DNA of 64,000 nucleotides, from contig NMRA01000659.1 in the NCBI GenBank assembly GCA_002633005.1, positions 1-64,000 on the forward strand. Direction: 5' to 3'. Every line of letters starts with the position of its first letter. The stretch's first letter is position 1. The stretch is from Phoronis australis (Eukaryota > Animalia > Phoronida). Both the position numbers and the translations under genes were made by a program. Below are positions 36,101 to 51,100 of this stretch, piece after piece. The notes beneath the pieces were generated by a model. That model was not told the DNA's origin. It saw nothing but the letters and a program-made list of their open reading frames with translations, and did not search any database.

Positions 36101-39100
36101 AGATTTGTGACAACTGGGGGGTTTTGGTTCACAGGACAAGGGCACTTTCCCCTTCAAATGCAAGTACTCATCTTGCCTTCTGAGAATGTCACTTTCCTGT
36201 TCATGAAACAGTGAATATTGTTACTACTGCTAAACAGTTAGTTATTTCTGTGTTTGCAATTGATTGATCTTGGTTTGAAGCCATGAAATCTTAAACTTCC
36301 AGGATTTTGTTTTTGCCAGAGTGTTTTCAATTTACACAGGACACTGTCTCCATAAGAGGGTTTTGAAAAATGTCACGTAGATGTGCACTTTGCACGGCAC
36401 TGTTGATTAGGTACATTCCATTTGATGTTTTACAGTTGGAGTCGAAGGAGCGCGAGATCTCGTCACTCAAACTGAAAGTGAAGGATGAGGAAACTGAGAT
36501 TCTGCTGCGTAACTCTGAGATAGAGAACCTTCATCACACTATCAACATTCTGCAGGAGAAGCAGAAAGAGTCTTCTCTTGAGGTAAGTTTGCTTTGTGCA
36601 CGGCTGTAAGGATGCAGTGGCGTTCTCTGTAGTACACATGATGGCAAAATGCCGGCACCGTAGAATTTGCGTATGAATTTGACTATCACAGCACCTCTTA
36701 GTGGTCATTTTGGTCTTAACAAGGGGCTTTTTTGCTATTGCACGTACCCGTTTTGGTTAAGTTGATTAAGTAACTTTATTCCTTAACTTATCCTGTAGAA
36801 ACATATCGTTCGCGATACACCATGGGGCATATGAACGCCCCAGCGTTGCTCTTGTTTCCAAAGTCGTCGCAGGCCATTCAAGATTGTCATAAGTGCTGGC
36901 AAACAGATGAGATCGCCGTGAAACATTAGAACAGGTGGTGGAAAAAACAGCTTTTACAGACTGGGTTAATTTCTGTAGTTTTATTGGCATTTGGCTAAAT
37001 ACGCACAATTGTCTATAGGTTCCTACTTAATCTTAAATTCATTAGATATTTACCTAGAGGAATGAGTTGTTAGTTCGGTGACTGCCAGAGGGCATGGCAG
37101 TTCAAGCTGTCTGGTGTTTTTCATTCCATCTTGCGTTAAGTGTTTGTCAACAGGCTTGGTTTCTCAATTCATTCAGCCAACTGGGGTTTCACAAGCATCT
37201 TTATTGACTTTCCAGTATGTCTTGATTAAAAGATTATTGATATTATTCCTGATTATGTGTTTTGTTGGTCGTGAAAATAAAAAACATGTTGGTTGTTGTG
37301 ACAAAAATTGAATGGTTGAATGGTTTGACAGAAACTCAACTCACTATTTTGTTGATATAACAGACCCTTTCTTTAGCATTGCTTTAATTTTGTTTACTCA
37401 ATCTTTGACCTTTATTGTCCTCTAAACCCATTTTAAACATACCATGAATGGGTGTAAGGGTTTTGAATTACCAACCTTAGGAGCTCGTAGGGGATTAGTT
37501 TGTTGATTTGGCAGATTTGTAGTAGGGGCCTGCCATGTCCTTGTGTGACTGTAAACTTTGTAATGCCTACCTAGGAACAAAATTCAAACAATATTTCTTT
37601 GGAGGAGCAATGTAATGAATGCTGTTCATTTTTATTGTATCGTGATTTGCTAAGAGTTTGTTGTGTGCTTTTCATGTTGTGATTCTACTGGGTGTGTATG
37701 TTACTTTTGTTGTTGTCACAAACATTTTGGGATTTTCTGTACCTAGCTGTTCGGTGATTCTTAATGTGCCCTGAGTGTAAGGTGGTCAAATCCTAACACT
37801 TGGGTATTGGATTTTGCTACAATATAAACACAAATCTGGATTTCCCTACACTTCGCATACTCATTCTCACTGACTTTGTCTTGGCAGTGCAGTCAAGAGC
37901 AAGTGGTATTTCGAAATGCTGTTACAGTAGTTTGTTCCTATTATAATTGCACCATGGACAGTGTGGTTAGTCAAATATCTATTTGTGAGTGGGGATACTC
38001 TGGTGATGAGGAGTTGGATGATATGACGTACGTCACCGGCGAGTTGTCGCGGAGAGTCTACAAACTGCAGCATTTGAACCAGTGTTTCAATCTGGACATC
38101 AAGGATACGCGCAAGTCTGTGAGTGGACGAGGTGCTGTAGATCAGTGTATCTGTGCTGGGCATCTGTCTGCTTCCTGTTCGTTGATATCTCTTTGTTGGC
38201 TGAAACACACATCACTGCTCTGTTTGTTAGTACTGTTCAATATAATGTCAGTAGTAATCAGACACACAGGCCGTGAATCATCTGTGTGAACCACTGAATC
38301 ATGTGTGCAAACCACTGATTCGTGTGCATGAACCACTGACTCATACGTCAAGTCATATGAACTGGTGTACCAAGAGCATGAATGAGTGTTATGAATTGCC
38401 AAACTCACACTTACAAATTGTCAGCTCATTTTCACTCGCAGCGATTTATTTCATGTGTGAAACTCTTGTCATCTTCGTCCATTATTTTTGAATGTGCGGA
38501 TGATTTATGTTCATGTGTTGGTGTAAATGAATATTGGAATTCACTTGTCTATTATGTTATGTGCATGACATTGCAGTGTGCTGTGTAATTTGATGGTTCT
38601 TATTAATGAATCTCTTGGTTATCATTGTCTTGATGTTCTTGTTAGGTACCTTGCAGTTGAGTGCACTGTGACTCTATGATCTCAATCTAAGAATTGTGGA
38701 GTCGTGAAAGTGGTGCTGTTTGCAGTGCATTGTGGTTAGACTTAACTGTTTGTTTAACCCAACTGTGTTGCTTGAATCAAATGTAAAATCGTGGTACTTT
38801 TTTTTAATTCATTTTGGTAATAACACTTGTTCATCATTATGTTTCAGCTTGCCAAGTGTAACGATGCTGTGAGGCAGCTAAAGACAGATTTTAGTGTAGT
38901 CGAGGAAGAGAAAACGCAGGCTAAACATGATGTAAGTAGTACTTGGAAGAGGGTGTAATGAATTGTGATGTAAACAGTACGTTGTTTCAATGCACCAAGG
39001 TCTATTTAACGCGAATGTGTTTGCGGAAGTTTTTTCAAAATTTCAATGACACACAGCTAATAATTCTGCAGTTTCTGCGTGCATGCAACAAAAATTACAG

Positions 39101-42100
39101 ATCCTGTTAGATATGCTGTAGAAAGGATTTCATGAGCATGTCTTAAAGCTGTTCTGGAAATTTATGCTTTATACAAAATATTGACTCATTCTGGCACTTT
39201 CTAAGAAAATCCTGTCATGTTGAAGTTTGCAATCCATCCTTGGATGTCAGTCATTGCTAACATCTTGAAATTAAGGCAACATTTCAATAACTTGGTTGTA
39301 TTCAATTTTTATGCTTTGTTTGAATGAAATATGCTTATTGTGTTATTTATTCATTTTCCTTAGTTACAGTTTTGAAATATAGTTCATTAATCGGTCACCA
39401 GGTGATATGGTTTTTAAAGGTTTAAAAGAAGATTCCATTCTTTTTCTTAGTCATTCAGAAATGAACTATTGGTTGCCTGGTCAAATGATATTACTAATGA
39501 TAAACACCTTTAAATGTGTGTTTCTGTCCCAAAAGGTGAACCATTATGAGAGACGTATACAGCAACTGGAGAAAGACTTACAAGAATCAAAGTTACAGCG
39601 ACGCAAGGCTAATGATGAGGTAGGAATGATCAGTTGTCTGTCTCGTGTTTTTTTTATTATTATTGTTAAATTTGTAAGCACCATGTCTTATGAAAAATGT
39701 CCTGTTCAGAGGTCAGAAGTCTTGTGATTGCATCTGGGCAGAATTATTGGTTAACTTCTGTTTTGCATTGTTGCGTTTGTTAAAGGAATTTGTATCATGA
39801 TTGAAAAATCGATCTTGATGTACACTAAAACTGTCTAAATTTATCGCTCTGAAATCCCTGATAATAGATTCATAGTACAGCTATCCAAACTTCTCACAGC
39901 TTCAGCTGTACAGCTTCATTTCCGATCTACTATCAATGATAGGGAACTAGAGATGCCTACATGGATATTTTTATAAAATTTTTAAATGAAACTGTTCTGC
40001 GTCAATTTGTACTTGTTTTAAACATCATGTAACTAACTAATCAGCTGCCATTTTTGTTGTCTGATTACTTTTTAATTGCCACAATAAAACAAATTTTACA
40101 CTTCTTCCTTGGATAATCATGTTACACATAATTTTAAGTAGACTTTGCATGAGTTGTGTGTTCTTTTTCTTGCTCCCATAATGTTTTTCATTATACATTA
40201 TTAACTCCTGCCTCCCTCGTTTACAAAGATTGGAACGCTCCAGGCCAAGCTGAGAGACAGCACCAAGTCGACTCAGACACACACGGACCTGCTCAAGTCT
40301 GAGTTGGCGAGGAGGGATGACACCATACAAAAGCTACGCGTGGATGTCCTGCGCTTGCAGGAGAAGCGCGAGGATGCTGTGACTGAAGTGAGTTGGGTGG
40401 GCAGACACGTGGCAGCAGGGAAAGTCAGACATCTTGTAAAAATTCTATCAAGTTATCTATTTTTATGGGACGTCTTTTCAATGTCAGCTTCATAAGGTAA
40501 CTGGCTGGGTGCAGTTTGTAATACAAAAGTTTGATTTAGTCAAACACGGATGTAGTTTCATGCTTATTCATTCTGCTAACTTGCATGAGCCTGAAGCTCT
40601 AACAGTGTACATTGAATGCTTGTTTTGACTCGCAAATGTGACTGAATCGCTAGGGTGCGCTTGTTTTGTCCAATGCATGTATCACCGTGTATGTGGTGCC
40701 TTGATTGTAGTTGGATAAACACAAAAACAATCTGGACAAACTGGACCATCGTCAGAAGGTAGCAGACGAGGAGGTAACATCATGTGTTGTACCCTCTGGC
40801 TTGTTCACCACGTCTCTGGACAGGATAGGGCAGGAATAGCTTAACCAAGAGATTGCATAATTGTACGTAATAACTACTAGGTAAAAATTCTTCAATTTGG
40901 CACTGTAACGAAATAATTTTGGTCAATGTTGGAGCTTGTCCCAAATTCTAGAAATAAGCAATACACATATTTGATTCTCATCACAGTCGTATGAGACGCA
41001 TGAAACACGCCTCGTTCAACCAAAACTGAAAAGACAGCAATAGCCAGTATGCAATCTTTTGGTTACGATTTCAGCCCGTGTAGTCTGTCCCTTGAGGTTT
41101 CATTTGTACCTCGTGTGAATTACTAACATTCAATCTCTCTTCCAGTTGCTATAACCACATATTGTACAAACCTGCTGTGTGCGTTTGCTTTTCATGCTTA
41201 ACACGTGCCATTGCTTTGGCACACACCGTGTTACTGAGTATTCCATTTCCTTGCCACACTTTAGTCACCTGGCTGTAAGCCTGTGTGTTGGATAGCTCAC
41301 AGCTTTCCACCCTGTGTGTTTTAAGGTTGTCTATTACATTCAGGAAGTGACTGTTAGTAGGTTGTCAAATTCGAGAGCAGTTTGAAATTCCTAATTTCAC
41401 CTTCTTGTCAATAGTCATGATATATAGGGTGATTCTCCCAAAACAGGCTCCATAGGTCAAGTAGAAAAATTATCAAAAATTTCAAGTCTGTCTCAGGAGA
41501 ATCACCTTGTATATGTTTCATCATTTGTTGAGTGGCAAGTATCTTGTCCACTCATCAGACATAACTGGACTCCACTTGGGTGTTGGCTATCTGTCGCGCA
41601 TCATCACGGACTGTTACAATAGTTGTAAGATTATCCTGGTAGACCTGTTTGTGCATACCTGTGTAACCTTAATAGCCATACCTTGCATTGAAACAGAGAC
41701 TGAGTCTTAAGTTAACATCTATCTTGCTTTGTAGTCTCAGTTCTTGTTGATCTGTCTGTTATTCTAATAACACTGTTCACGGTTCTTGTGATCATTATTT
41801 TTTCTACATATAATGGTCACTACTTCTAGTGTCTATACACTTTGTATTTTATGTCCTACTTGTGAAAATTTTGTCTTATTATTATTACTTATTGACAACA
41901 CTAACAATTGATTATCAGTATTTTGTCTACCCTATTCTGCTGAGAACATTTTTCCACTTCTCGTTCTCACTGCTTCACACCTTTTGCCAATACTTTGTCC
42001 ACCATTAAAGTTATAACTCTCAACACTAACAATCTTATGATCAAAATTCTATCTGCTATTTTACTTATCATTGCTTTACATTTATTAGTCAATATTTTGC

Positions 42101-45100
42101 CCTGTACATGCTACTTTCTCATCATTTCCACAACTAATGACCTGTGGTTTGTCTTCGATTTTCTCAACACTTCACATCCATTGGACAATTTTAGTCTAAA
42201 TATGTTATTATTCTCAATGAGGAAGATGTCTACAATATGATTTTTTACTCAGTATATCTAGTGTTCAGTATCTCTTTTTACTTTATAATACTTTAGCGCA
42301 GAAGGATTTCGTGAGAGACGGGGAAGTGATGCGTATAACTCCCAAGTGTGTCAAATGCCAGGATGTGTAATGACGTATTTCTTAGTCCTAATACATATTC
42401 CCTGATGGCGGAGGCAAAAGCTAGAAATTGCTCACAATTTTTTTTTACTTGAAAAGATGAGGAAGTGAATACTGGAACACACGATGATTGCGATTAATAA
42501 TTTCAAACGGGAACAGATTTTTTCACAGTCATTTTTGAAAACTAATATGCTTGTGAGTAAAAACCTGCATTGAACTAAACAATCTCCTCATTAAAGTTTT
42601 AAGAAATTTCGTTTTATTAAGAAACCCTGTTGTTTTGCATTTTTTGAATGTTCATCTCTTGACTTTTGTGTCTATCGATTTTAATGCCTGGGACATTAGC
42701 CGCCCCAGCCTCCTGGTGACTGTATTGGATTGTATGATGACCTCTTGACATTGCAGCTTCAGCGTGCTGAGAGGAAGATCAGCCAGTTGGAAGAAGAACT
42801 GGGGGTTACACGTGCACAGGCAGATGAGTCAAACTCAGAGGTGTGTGAGTAGGGTCACGACCTGAGGTCATGCTGGAGTCAGGTCATTCCAGATTAAGTA
42901 GAGTTTTACAAAGAATGACACTAGCACTACAATTCGATGACAAAATTTCCTCTCTTTTCACAATGTGATGAATCTTGTGCCGTGATTTGGCTTGTTTTTA
43001 CGGGGGAACTTCTGGACCATGACTGATGGTTCGTTTCTGTGGTAACGATAGACTGAGATAATAGAATTTTGTTATGTTCAAAAACGACCCCCTCTGCAAG
43101 AAGATTGCTCATAGTTTTTAATTGTAAGTGACAAATGTTTTGTGGTTTACCTCAATTTATTTTGATTTTAGTCTTCTGTAACATAGTAATCAAAAGATTT
43201 AATTGTTTACCCTTTGACATTTGTTCATTGCATCCCCCTTCCCCCTCCCCCCTTCTCCGTTTCATTGTAGTCTGAGAATGATTAGCATGATCACCCTTTG
43301 CATGTTTTGCTGGCTTTTTGTCACATTTTTGCCTTGTTGTCATGCTTATTGTTGTTTTGTTGCTGTCATGGACCGTTTGTGTGTAGCATGTCATTTAAAT
43401 GAGCGGCATGTTGACTATTGATCCAGTAAGAGAAGCGTAACAGAAATTATCCTTTCCGCCTTGCCCCAGTTTGTGTTTAGACGACACTGGAGCAACTAAT
43501 TTCCTCAAGATAGTGTTGTCTGCGAGCATCACACCTTGTTAACTCTGTTCATGTTTTGCTGCATGTCTGACTGTGTTGTCTCCCCTGTATCTCAACAGGT
43601 CGGTCGTCTGCAGTCACAGCTGTCCCGCTGTGACGGTGACCTCCAGCGAACGCTCGCTCTTCACGCTGATGCTCAAGCTCAGGTACTGACATCGGCTTCA
43701 GTCTCGCACCCTCTTATAGTCCACTCGCACGCGTGACTAACTTACTAATCATGTTGGTGGTGGTGATATTGCGGTGGCGTGTACTAACCCTGAGCTTCTG
43801 TTGGCTGTCTATTAATTGCACGGTTTTTGGTGGGCGTGGTAACAGCAAGTTCTATCATGACACTTTCAAATTTGCAAACACTGCAAACTGTATGAATCTC
43901 CCCATAATCAATTACTATACCATTTAAAATCTTTGAGCTTTACGGGAAAGCCTTGATTATCTTTTTAAAATAACTTCGGGTACATGTAACAGCCGAAAGG
44001 ACTCGGATGACTTATCATGAAGGTATTAAGATTAAAATTAGGGGTCATGAAAGAAAAGACTGGAAGTAAAGGTTAGATAACTAGGACTGTCTTAAACTCT
44101 TGTAGGTGCCTTGTTAGTTAACACTGTCACACACTACAGTAAAGGTTAGACAGCTAGGAGTGTGTTAAATTCTTGTATTCTTGGTAACACTGTCTCACAC
44201 TTCAGTAAAGGTTAGCTAAGACTATGTTAAACTCTTGTAGGTGACTAGTTAATTAACACTGTCACTTACTACAGTAACTGTAACAGTGAACCACAGACAG
44301 TAGTGCCTGCTGTACTGTTGTATCATATCAGATAGTATAGAGTTTCTAGAGCTGTTTACAGGATTCTCTTGCAAATTACTTCTTAGATGGTCTAGGTAGA
44401 GACTTGTTATCAATGCAATACTTTGCTCAGTCTTGGGCAGTTTTAATCTTAGCGTAATTTGTGTTTATTTTGCTAGCCAGCTGTCTGTGTATGACTGAAA
44501 GTCAAAATGCAGCCTGAAATTGATGTAGATAATTAAGAAACTTGCAGAATAAGCAGAGCTCGCTTTTTCAGTCCACTGGATCTCTACTTGTGCAATGAAG
44601 TTTATACATGGATATAGAGCGCCTGTTGCCTGATCACCTGTAATCTTCTTGTTACCCCTGCATTCAAATGCCACCCACCTTGTTTGCTACAGCTATTTAA
44701 AAGAAATGCCATGTTACTAAATGTACTCACATCACTCACTTTTGTCACTAAAAATGTCTGCACTCAACTTCAAAACAATACCTTCCAGACACACGCACTC
44801 ACAAAAATTATAGGTCACATATTGAGCATCCACCTGTCTTTTGTTATCCGTTCATTGTAAGTTACCTTTGCTTGTCTTTTGATTATTTCAAAAACCGCTT
44901 GACTGACAAGTCATGGTAATGAAATAAGCATAAATTTATATGGCGAGGATGACTGCTAGCAAGTTGACTTCCTGCAGGATGTGCCTTGTGTGCCAGATTT
45001 TGATGAAATTTGACACAAACGGTGGGTATTCACTGACACCAGATGATTTTCAAACGAATTCTACTACTGTTGCACCCCCAGGTGGCCAGTTAATTTTTGA

Positions 45101-48100
45101 CAAGATGTCGCTTCTCTATAGATTTTTGTCAACAGCGCTTGATGGATTTCGGTGAAATTTGAGTGACCCCTGTTGGTCATTTTCAAATTAGTTTTTTGAA
45201 GATCTTGCTTATCCATTGATTATTCTAAAATAGCATCGCAGATTTTTCATGGACACTGATAGAGAGATGTGTGGATGGGTTATGCCTGCAACAGTTGATT
45301 TCTGCTTTGAAATGATAATGACCTAATTAGTCAAACCATGTTACACTTAAACACCCTTAGAAGCATGCGGTGTGGTCGTGGGCACATTTCAACGTTAGTA
45401 AAGTGAAAACCATTCTGTTTTTTTTGGAAGTGCACGCAAAGTTGTGAACAAAGAGTAGTTCACTGAAGAATCATTGAAACAAGAAATTGGTGAATAGGTG
45501 GCGCTCTATTTCATGGTGCTCAAAGACAGTGCATAAGATCGCTTCACAAATTTAGCAGCATATTAATGGTCAGGAATAAAGGCAATTTTTTGCATATTTG
45601 GTAAAAAAGTTAATTTACATAAGGAAGTCAGAGTAGTTTTTTGTTGGCAACATGAATTTTTTATCAGATTTTATTTCACTTTCTTTTACCCAGATCAATT
45701 CAATGCTGTATGCTGTATATTTTTACAGTTTTGAGTCCAGGCTAATAATGGTGCTTTCATTTTGTTTGTTGAGCTAGATTTTCAAATTTTCTTGACATCT
45801 TTTGACCACCGACATTAAACTTTGCTTCCTCTGCAGGGTGTCCAATGGAACTCTGACTCAAACTGACACCCTAGCCAGGACTCAGTGTTCAGCATTTACG
45901 CCCAACTACAATAAGCAAGTAACCAACAGTATCTCTTTTAACTTTGCTAACAGCAGCTCTGAGAGTTCATTGACCTGTCCTGAATCGCAAAGTTTGTTAA
46001 GATATGATATAAGGTACAATAAACTTTATTTCAGACCTATTTTTCCATAGTAACGTAACAAACCACTCTATAACAGCAATCTGGGGTCATAAAAAGTTGA
46101 CCCCCGTCATTATTTATGGATGCCCTGAGAACTTGGGGAACCAATTATAACCCTATTTTTGAAATACTGGATAACTCCCTGTGTCTCGGTACTAAAGGGA
46201 AGTCAAGTAGCTCTTCAAATCTCTTCTCTCACTCAGCTGCCCTCCAACTTCAGCCTGAAACTGACCCTTGCCAGAATGTGTGATTGTTTGAAGTCTTGAA
46301 CACTTTTCTACAGAAAAGCCTGAAAATTGAGCGTCACTAAATTTCCAAGCTGAAAACATGAAGCCTTGCATTTAATCCATTGGTACTACTTGGCATGCTA
46401 CTGCTGTGGTTGCTGTCCTTGCAAGTTGGGTATTCTCTGTCGTAGTTTTCTGACTACTAGACGTGTCATAGATGTCTAGGTGGTATATAGTCGCCTTATA
46501 CCTTGATATTACCAAGGTGTCGCCACCAGTTGTCTCACCTTGAATTATTGACCAATGTCAGGCCTTTTATTGCCTGTAGAACATGATTTAAAATAATTTC
46601 AGTTCAGTGTGCAAAATAATTTATTACTAAAATCACCTTGAAGGCATTCACTTGTACATAGTGCAGGAACTGGAACACAAAGAAATCATTTGCATGACTT
46701 TAGATTGTGTGCAATAGTTAAGAATGGTAAAACATTTGATGTGTTTGTACTTAGTGCAGTGCATCGAGCGCTTTTTTGTTTTTTGGTTTGTTTATTTTTT
46801 TTTTGCTTTCCTTGCAAATCCCAGTCCACTTCTGACCGAGTTTCAATCCCTTACATTTGTGACTTTCTGAACCATCTCTTTGTGTTTTCTTACTGGCTTT
46901 TATGTATGTGTGTGTGCAGTCTTCAGCCACGCTATTGGACCAAGAGCTGTTATTTCTCCGCGCTCGACGAAGTCACGTGAAAAGCCAGGTAGGCTGTAAA
47001 ACAATGCAGTTGTAGGGTCACGTGAAACAGTAAGTGTCACATGTAAGGCAGTACAGTAGTGTTATCATGTGAAATCACTAACCCACTATTACGCGATCCC
47101 AGAACATACTATTTACCACAGGTTTTCCACAATAGTGTCATCCCCAAATAACATGTATGACAAATTGTTATTGGTAGTGGATAAGGTATTTCCCATCATC
47201 ACATATTAGTTAAATGTCTCGTTAACACAATTGTCTTTTCATAATTGTCCCAAACAATGTGTGCACGTAACGTACACGCCATTGCAGTAGACTTGCACTC
47301 ATTAAATCATTTTGTTCCCCTGGAACATGCCAATCTTTCAACAGCTGCTGAAATTTTACAAACATAGTTGAAGTTTCTTTTGTCATATTGAGACAATGTG
47401 GTATACAGCTAAACTTGTAGTGGAATTGAAGACCGAGTTGTTTTCGGTTTCATGTCAGAGCTTCAGGTATTAGAATTTGCTTTCGTGTGGGAAATTGAAC
47501 TATTCAGTGGTAAGTAAATTGTAGTGTTTGAGTATTTTTGAAAATGAGTGGTTTTACTAAAGGAGGGTGCATCTTATGACAGCCAACAGAGGTCGGTGGT
47601 GGTTTTGTAAACCGTGAATTCTGTAAGTCAACTGTCACAGGTTGAACTTCTGAACACCAACACCAAACTGTTGAAGCCAGCAATGTTAACACCATGCGTG
47701 ATTCTTTTAAAGCCTCGGAATTGCTTGATAGCTAAAAAGCGGATTACATGTTGCAACTGTGTGAAAAGTAAGTTCACTTGGATGTGAGATGCCTCAGCTG
47801 TGCCGTGTGAATAGATTCCAGGCTGTTTTGATGTGTTGCACTGTGTACAGTATTTGTCACATTTACTTATCAACAATCGTTTGATTATTTTATAACTTCA
47901 TGTTTTTAGCTGGTAGAAAATATTCACCTATACAAGTACTAGGGATGAAGCAACGTTCTTTGTCTTCTGCTGATGCTATCTCCTCAGTCCTCTTATAATT
48001 TCTGAACACAACACTGTCAAGTGCCGAGACACTGTCACTTATTGTAGCAAATCAGCAGAAACCATGAGTGTTGTGTTCAACCATACCATACTTATGTAAA

Positions 48101-51100
48101 CTATTATTTAAACGTCCTGTTTCAGCCAGTTAAAAGGCTTTAATGTCCTGATTACTCAAAGGATATCCCTGGTTATTGGTTTAATGCTGTTTCTGATTTT
48201 GGCTTATTTTCTCATCAGTGATGTCTTGGGGAGCCAAGCAGTTCATTGTGTCAAATGCTTTCTTTAGATACAGAAACTCACTGAAACTCTGGATAAAGTG
48301 CAAGCTTCATCCAAAGACACACAGGAAGCACTGGCAGCTGAGGTTTGATTTCTACATTATTTTAATTTATTACAATTATTCTTTATTTTTTCCCTGGTCA
48401 GTTCAGGAATGTGATTATTTGTTTTAACAAGCACATCTGTGGGCCTTAGAATGATTCTTAAAGATAAATTTTATGATTTCTGTTGCAGGCACCAAGTATG
48501 ATCCTGTTTCACTGAGCATTGCTTGTCTTTAAGTTAATTCTTAAACCAATTAGATGATAGCCCTAAAAGCATCAGAGGATTAGACTGAGGACAAAATATT
48601 AGTGTTTCATGATTTAAACCAAAAATTGAGAGTTTATTGTTATCTGAAATATAAGATGTGTATGAAACGCAGCTTTTTGTTCATTGTTCCATAAACTTGT
48701 TTCCCAACAGGTAGCAGAACGTCATGACATGATCATGCAGTTAAAGGCAGATAAGAAGTCATTAGAGGATGGCCAGCAAGAGGCGCTGTCGTCTGCACGT
48801 CACCGTGGTGATGTGATTAAGCAGTTGAGAGATGAGGTGAAGGATTTAGCGGATAAGGTGAGATAGAAGTGTGATTATTCATGACAATTGGAATTTAAGT
48901 CACTCTCACTGTTATCGCCATTTTCAACAAAACTTACGCATTATAGAAGGAGTTGGTCAAGACTTATGGTTTTGATGTTCTAAAAATGACAATGCTATAT
49001 TTATTGCTTTTTATATCTCATATAACCTCTAAGAATTGTTTAAAAATAATTTGTTTTATTTTACAACGTTGGTCTACAGACGAAAACAACGTTGAAATTC
49101 AATCCGTACACAAACAATTTAACCCAAAAGAAAGCAGACAATATGACCCGTGACGGCTGAGTGCAAATGGAATTCCACTTTATGATGGTTGAGTGTAAGT
49201 AGAACTGGTCGTCATAGTCGCCGTCCGTCATGATGGGTCATTTAGATCAAGTGGAAAAGCTATATTCCATGATTGCTATACAAACCTCGTTATATTTTCA
49301 AAAGATGCAAGGCATGAAAAATACAGACAGTTCACTAATTAGGTCATCCGTTGTCACACTAATACACGTGAGGGTCGTCCTGTCTATCAGAAGTTGCGTC
49401 GGATTAAAACTGATACATGTGCATGTATTGCACATGTATTGCAAGTGTATTGCACATGTGTTGCATGTATTAAGTTTTAAGAAACGGATGTTGGCTGAAT
49501 TTCACATCATTAATATTATCGATGCCTGTTCCATTGATCACATCATCAGCACCCCGACCTGGGCCATCACTTTTATGAGTATTGTAATAAACAGTCGCAA
49601 AAATGGTGATTTGTAAATTGTTTCACTTGGGTCATTCACGGGTCTCAGTTTCTCTCATGAACATGTAGTGTGATTGCATAGTTTTATTCATACGTGTATT
49701 ATACCTTGATTTACAACACATGTTGGAAATTTTATAACTAACAATATATTTACTACGGAAAATTTTGTTTGTTGCTTGGAATTTTTTTTACTCGTTGCCT
49801 TGATGCCCATTTTGCCATGAATTTTTGTCAGTAATTTTGAGCATATTAGAATTACAGTAATTTTCAATTTTTATTTCTTGAATTCATTATGGTGTGACTG
49901 CCCAGTAATATTTTAACCTTATTTGAAATGTGCAGTCAAACACGATGATCAAATTCACTGGTTATAGCACACTGAAGCTGTGTTGATTAATCATTTACCG
50001 TGGTCATGCTTGCAAAATGCTCTACCATATTAAAATTTCACAAAGGCTTCCTACTTTTCTGTACTCATTTAAATTTGCAAATTGGTTATGGGTTTTGTTC
50101 ATAATTATGCGACAACTGTTCTTGGACATAGTCAACAAGTTTACCTGAATGTCTAAGGACTGAGGAAAATGGGATGATCCTAGTAATTATTGCCTCTGCG
50201 TACACGGTCTGTTGCACTTCTAGTGTAAAGACCTACAATTTTTGTCTCATTCCTCTCTGTATAGAAAAGAGAATTATTGTGCTGTGTTAGGTCATGTAAT
50301 TATGTTAACTTTGTTCTTGGCTCATTTTTACAGCTTCAAGACCGTGAGTCCAGACTAGGCCAAGTAGAAGGTGAACTGGCGGAATACCAAAGTAGATACC
50401 TGGCCCAGAACACAGAGGTAGGTGGATGCAGGTGGTAGGCATTCAATGTCAGTAGATACCTGGCCCAGAACACGGAGATGGCAGATATTCAGTATTAGTC
50501 GAAGAGTAGATATCTGGCTCAGAACATGGAGGGGAATGGATGCAGATGGCAGACATTAACTTTGTAATTAATGGCCAACAACTGATGCTATGCGACCATT
50601 ACCAGGATACAAGTTGCAGCATTGATAAGTTCAAGAAGGAATAGTTGTCTATTTCAAAGCCAAAATTGGTTTACGCATCCAAATATTTTTAGATTGTCTC
50701 ATGCGTGTGAAATTGGTTGCACACTACTGTTTTTAGCAGTTGTTTGCTTTAGGTTGTTAAATTTGCTTTTTAAATTTGTCTTTTCACTGTTGAATTTTTG
50801 TTTTTGATCAAAATGCTTGGTAGCCTACACCTCATTAATAGTCTTGACTGTATATTTTTCAAATATCATCTACTTTCAATCGTACATAGCTTGACCAGCT
50901 TCAGGCTAACCTCCTAGAACAGAACAGCAATGCTGGACACCAGGAGGCACTTTTAAAGGATACAATACAGGCAAAGCAGGAGTCCATAGAAAGTCTTGGT
51001 CAGGAAATACTTCAACTCAAGGAAAAACTGTTACAGGCACAGTCTATGGTAAGGGGGCTACTGACAGGGGTGCTGTGAATGTTTGCAGCACATTGGTGTG

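Noticed and set aside
41146-41154. Good acceptor (ctctcttccag) followed by TTG CTA TAA, a possible short terminal exon
   Set aside because: Only an acceptor-like motif; no further evidence.
41995-42240. Hydrophobic 81-aa ORF resembling a membrane protein
   Set aside because: TTG start, in T-rich degenerate low-complexity intron sequence, no convincing splice sites linking it to gene B.
44890-45300. Repeat-like stretch with a CTCF-like cccccaggtggcc
   Set aside because: Looks transposon-derived but is single copy here with no definable ends; the motif alone is not evidence of an insulator.
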